From Phycisphaerales bacterium (GTDB lineage Bacteria > Planctomycetota > Phycisphaerae > WQYP01), in NCBI GenBank assembly GCA_027451365.1, contig DAIDJN010000054.1:1-64000 (forward strand): a DNA stretch of 64,000 nt, given 5' to 3'. Of the stretch, positions 61,148 to 64,000 are shown piece by piece (the first letter of the stretch is position 1; the number at the start of each line of letters is the position of its first letter). The position numbers were made by a program, and so were the translations under genes. Below the pieces are notes generated by a model, which did no database searches, was not told the origin of the DNA, and was given only the letters and a program-made list of their open reading frames with translations.

Positions 61148-63448
61148 CTATTTCGCCGTCAGTCGGACAAACAGTCGGCCGTTGGTGGCTGTTGGCGAAA
61201 TCACACCGCGCTGACGGACATCCGGAACAGGAATGGCCCGCCGCACATCCGGAACAAACAGTCGGGTCAGTCGAATATGAAAAATGCCGGTGGTGCGGTT
61301 AAAGGTTTCAGAAAATACGCGGCACATTCTGGCCGCCAGGACTTTCGGCTTGCTTTTGGCATACCCGCTGAGGGTCACACTGGTCTCCTGCGGTGCGGTA
61401 TTCACCAGAACATCCATGGCCTGTTTGCCGGAATGAACCATGGCGATGCGTTGTTGACTCATGGAGGCAAACAACGATGTATCGCCCAGCAACGCGATCC
61501 CGCAGGGCAACACCGGCGATATAACATCATATTGCCATCCCGAACGCTTCAGTTGTTCGCGAATCTGAAGACCACCCGCGGCCAAATGCCCTGTCTGCTT
61601 AAACCAGTTGTAGACAAAAACCGGCCCGGTACCCGGCAGTTGAACCGGACAGGTCGCACCGTCTGATTTTCGTCGATACATAAATAGATAATAAACCCTG
61701 TCTCCGGCATCGGAATATGTGGTTGCAACCAGCGGAAGGTGTTTATCCGCGGCATCCGCCAGAATGGTTTGGTCGGTCACCACCAGTGGCATATCGGGTT
61801 TCACGATCAGGCCGTCGGGCAGCACAGCGCGGAGCACGTTTTTTCTGGAGGATTTTCCAATGGGGTCTCCCACGCCCACCGGCCCTCCGGACAGCACTGC
61901 CAACAGCATGTTGCCGGTTTGCGGACTGTTAAATACATCCACCCATGGCCAAATGCCCAGCGCCCTGGCATAGGCGGAAGTGTAAAGGTCATGACTCCAC
62001 CGCGCCGGCATAAAATGGTCGTCGCTGACCCGGATGGAAGTCAGATTTGCATAACGCGCCCCCTGCAGAAAGAAACGGGCCGTGGGCATGCAATACTGCA
62101 TGTCGATGCCCTGTTTTGCCATGGCGGCCGCCATGTAACCGGTGAATGCGTCGCCGGCCCATAACGTATTGCCGAGTTTCGGAGAGGCCTTGTAAATATC
62201 GTTCAGCCAGTCCTGTTCAAATAAATGTACGCCGTTTCTATGCAGATATGCGGCCACATGATTCCAATAGCGCGGATCGATCGCCGCAATTCCCGATATT
62301 TTATAAATCCGATGGTAAGGACTCCGATGCGCAATCCAGCGGCAATGCACGCCCAGCGGAGTTCTGTCAATGGATCGGTCAAACCCGGCCAAACCCTGGG
62401 GAAAAAGCTCCTTTGCGGCATGATAACGGTAGATGCCTCCATACACATTCCAGCTTTGCGCCGGCAGCCGCGGATTCATCGCCCGCAATTTTCCCCCATT
62501 GAAATAATGGTCTGATTTCGGGTACCACCAACTGTCCAGTTGCATGTAATGCAGGGGAACGATATGTTTTTTGAAATAAGTGTACACCTTGTCCAGCGTG
62601 CCGGTGTAGCCGATCTTTGTATCATAATTATAGTAATACGTTGCGCCGTTGTCGGTCCAATAGCCAAAATATTTCAGGAAGACATCCGCCTGATTCCCCG
62701 GCCGTTTGACGCCGCGGATTTTATTCAGGTCCCGTCCCCATTTATCCAGTGTGTTTTCAATGCCGTGGCCGGCCACCAGAAGCGTGCGATGTTTAAAGCC
62801 CGCCGGCACTGTTTTAATGCCGGGGTTTAATTCATCCGCCGCCAGTTTGATGCCGTTTCCGGTCATTTGCGAAACCATATCGCAAGAACCGGGCGACATG
62901 ATCCATGTCATACGTTTCGCGTTAAAAAATATCCAAGGCGTACTGGTCTGGGCCAGTTGAAAAGTATGCGGCGTCATGACGCGGTTGGCGTAGCTGAAAT
63001 GGTATTTCATGACCGGCAGGCGGGTCAGTTGCGGAAAAATGGCATTCACCGCGGGTGTCGGGGTGCTGGTTCGCACCGAGAAAAGCACGCAGGGATTGCC
63101 TTTATAACTACGAATGGAACCGAACAGAGTGGCCGCATTCTGATGCCATTGAAATGTGGTGGACCGGTATTGGCCCAGACCATCGGAGCCGGTGGCAACA
63201 GCCACGTGCTCGGCCGGGCCTGGCAACGTCCCGCCAAAGACCATATCCGCATCCGGAAACCGGATGGTATAGGTTCCGGTTGCAGCCTGAATGCGGACGT
63301 GCGCGCCAGCCGCGGGGGCCGCCTGAACCGGATGAATGGCGCCCGCAAAACAGGCCATAATTGCCAGAACACCGGCGCGGCTGATTTGCGGAATGCCGTT
63401 GCGTTGTGCGCCAGCCGAATGCTTCCACCTGAGAATCGCCATGGTCAT
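61148..63448 (-). CDS. secreted glycoside hydrolase-like protein (clan GH-D/GH36-like)
   Basis: Signal peptide; GYWTDNGATYYY, QLDSWWY, EQDWL, QYCM, RVSDD, SGGPVGVGD. Confidence 0.62.
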   Translation of the reverse strand: MTMAILRWKHSAGAQRNGIPQISRAGVLAIMACFAGAIHPVQAAPAAGAHVRIQAATGTYTIRFPDADMVFGGTLPGPAEHVAVATGSDGLGQYRSTTFQWHQNAATLFGSIRSYKGNPCVLFSVRTSTPTPAVNAIFPQLTRLPVMKYHFSYANRVMTPHTFQLAQTSTPWIFFNAKRMTWIMSPGSCDMVSQMTGNGIKLAADELNPGIKTVPAGFKHRTLLVAGHGIENTLDKWGRDLNKIRGVKRPGNQADVFLKYFGYWTDNGATYYYNYDTKIGYTGTLDKVYTYFKKHIVPLHYMQLDSWWYPKSDHYFNGGKLRAMNPRLPAQSWNVYGGIYRYHAAKELFPQGLAGFDRSIDRTPLGVHCRWIAHRSPYHRIYKISGIAAIDPRYWNHVAAYLHRNGVHLFEQDWLNDIYKASPKLGNTLWAGDAFTGYMAAAMAKQGIDMQYCMPTARFFLQGARYANLTSIRVSDDHFMPARWSHDLYTSAYARALGIWPWVDVFNSPQTGNMLLAVLSGGPVGVGDPIGKSSRKNVLRAVLPDGLIVKPDMPLVVTDQTILADAADKHLPLVATTYSDAGDRVYYLFMYRRKSDGATCPVQLPGTGPVFVYNWFKQTGHLAAGGLQIREQLKRSGWQYDVISPVLPCGIALLGDTSLFASMSQQRIAMVHSGKQAMDVLVNTAPQETSVTLSGYAKSKPKVLAARMCRVFSETFNRTTGIFHIRLTRLFVPDVRRAIPVPDVRQRGVISPTATNGRLFVRLTAK

Positions 63449-63629
63449 CCGCCCTTTTTCTTCTGATGTTTATATCCGACTGTGGTCAGAACGGATATAA
63501 ATCGTAAACGGGATTGAATTTGCGGGCAAACCAGCACAGACCGGGCGGGCGGGCGAATATCTGGCTCGGCACGCGAATGCCATTTGTGACGGATCGGTCG
63601 ACCGTCCCGATGCGGCAATGCAATCCGCC

Positions 63630-64000
63630 TTACGCAGCTGTTGTGTGTGCGTCGGCGGCCGCCGGTGTCGCCGAACGGTTGTCAAACCGCACGGCCACGC
63701 GCTTGCTGACACCTTGTTCCTGCATGGTGACGCCATACAACAGATTGGCCACCGCCATCATCCGTTTGTTGTGGGTAATAACCACAAACTGGCTGTGTGC
63801 GTTGAATTCCTGAACAATGGCGGCAAAGCGGCCGGTGTTGGATTCATCCAGGGGTGCGTCGACTTCGTCCAGAATACAGAATGGCGATGGTTTGCTTTTG
63901 AAAATGGACATGACCAGGGCAATCGCGGTCATTGCTTTTTCACCACCGGACAGAAGGCTGATGGATTGCAATTCCTTGCCCGGAGGCCGCGCCATGATAT
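63630..64000 (-). CDS. smc: chromosome segregation protein SMC, 3' end (partial)
   Basis: [49 protein letters not shown]. Confidence 0.95.
   Translation of the reverse strand, partial: IMARPPGKELQSISLLSGGEKAMTAIALVMSIFKSKPSPFCILDEVDAPLDESNTGRFAAIVQEFNAHSQFVVITHNKRMMAVANLLYGVTMQEQGVSKRVAVRFDNRSATPAAADAHTTAA

Noticed and set aside
1..64000. CRISPR arrays, tRNA, rRNA and riboswitches
   Set aside because: No regularly spaced repeat-spacer array or convincing structural RNA signature was seen by eye; tRNAscan/Infernal were not run.

Overview
Bacterial chromosomal window, most likely Planctomycetota (Phycisphaerae-like). This taxonomy is inferred from the FlgI-like/HEAT lipoprotein, the PEP-CTERM-type proteins and the style of the Rhs and RAYT relics. 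Housekeeping genes are aroA, gpsA, rdgB, parB (with two perfect parS sites), an RluA-family synthase, coaE, rho and the 3' end of smc. The window also holds a Cu(I) P-type ATPase, a complete Ehr/Hyf-like membrane complex operon led by an HTH-PTS IIA fusion, several secreted glycoside hydrolase-like genes and two surface proteins with PEP-CTERM-like anchors. The most unusual parts are: (i) a ~5.9 kb orphan Rhs toxin/immunity island bracketed by two directly repeated REP-associated tyrosine transposase (RAYT) relics, with a 66-bp REP-like repeat in front of each toxin cassette; (ii) two intact phage-tail-like genes isolated among housekeeping genes; (iii) a pyruvoyl arginine decarboxylase homologue that appears to lack both key catalytic residues; (iv) three genes collapsed by internal deletions. 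No rRNA, tRNA or CRISPR array was recognised. All family assignments come from motif recognition by eye, not database searches.
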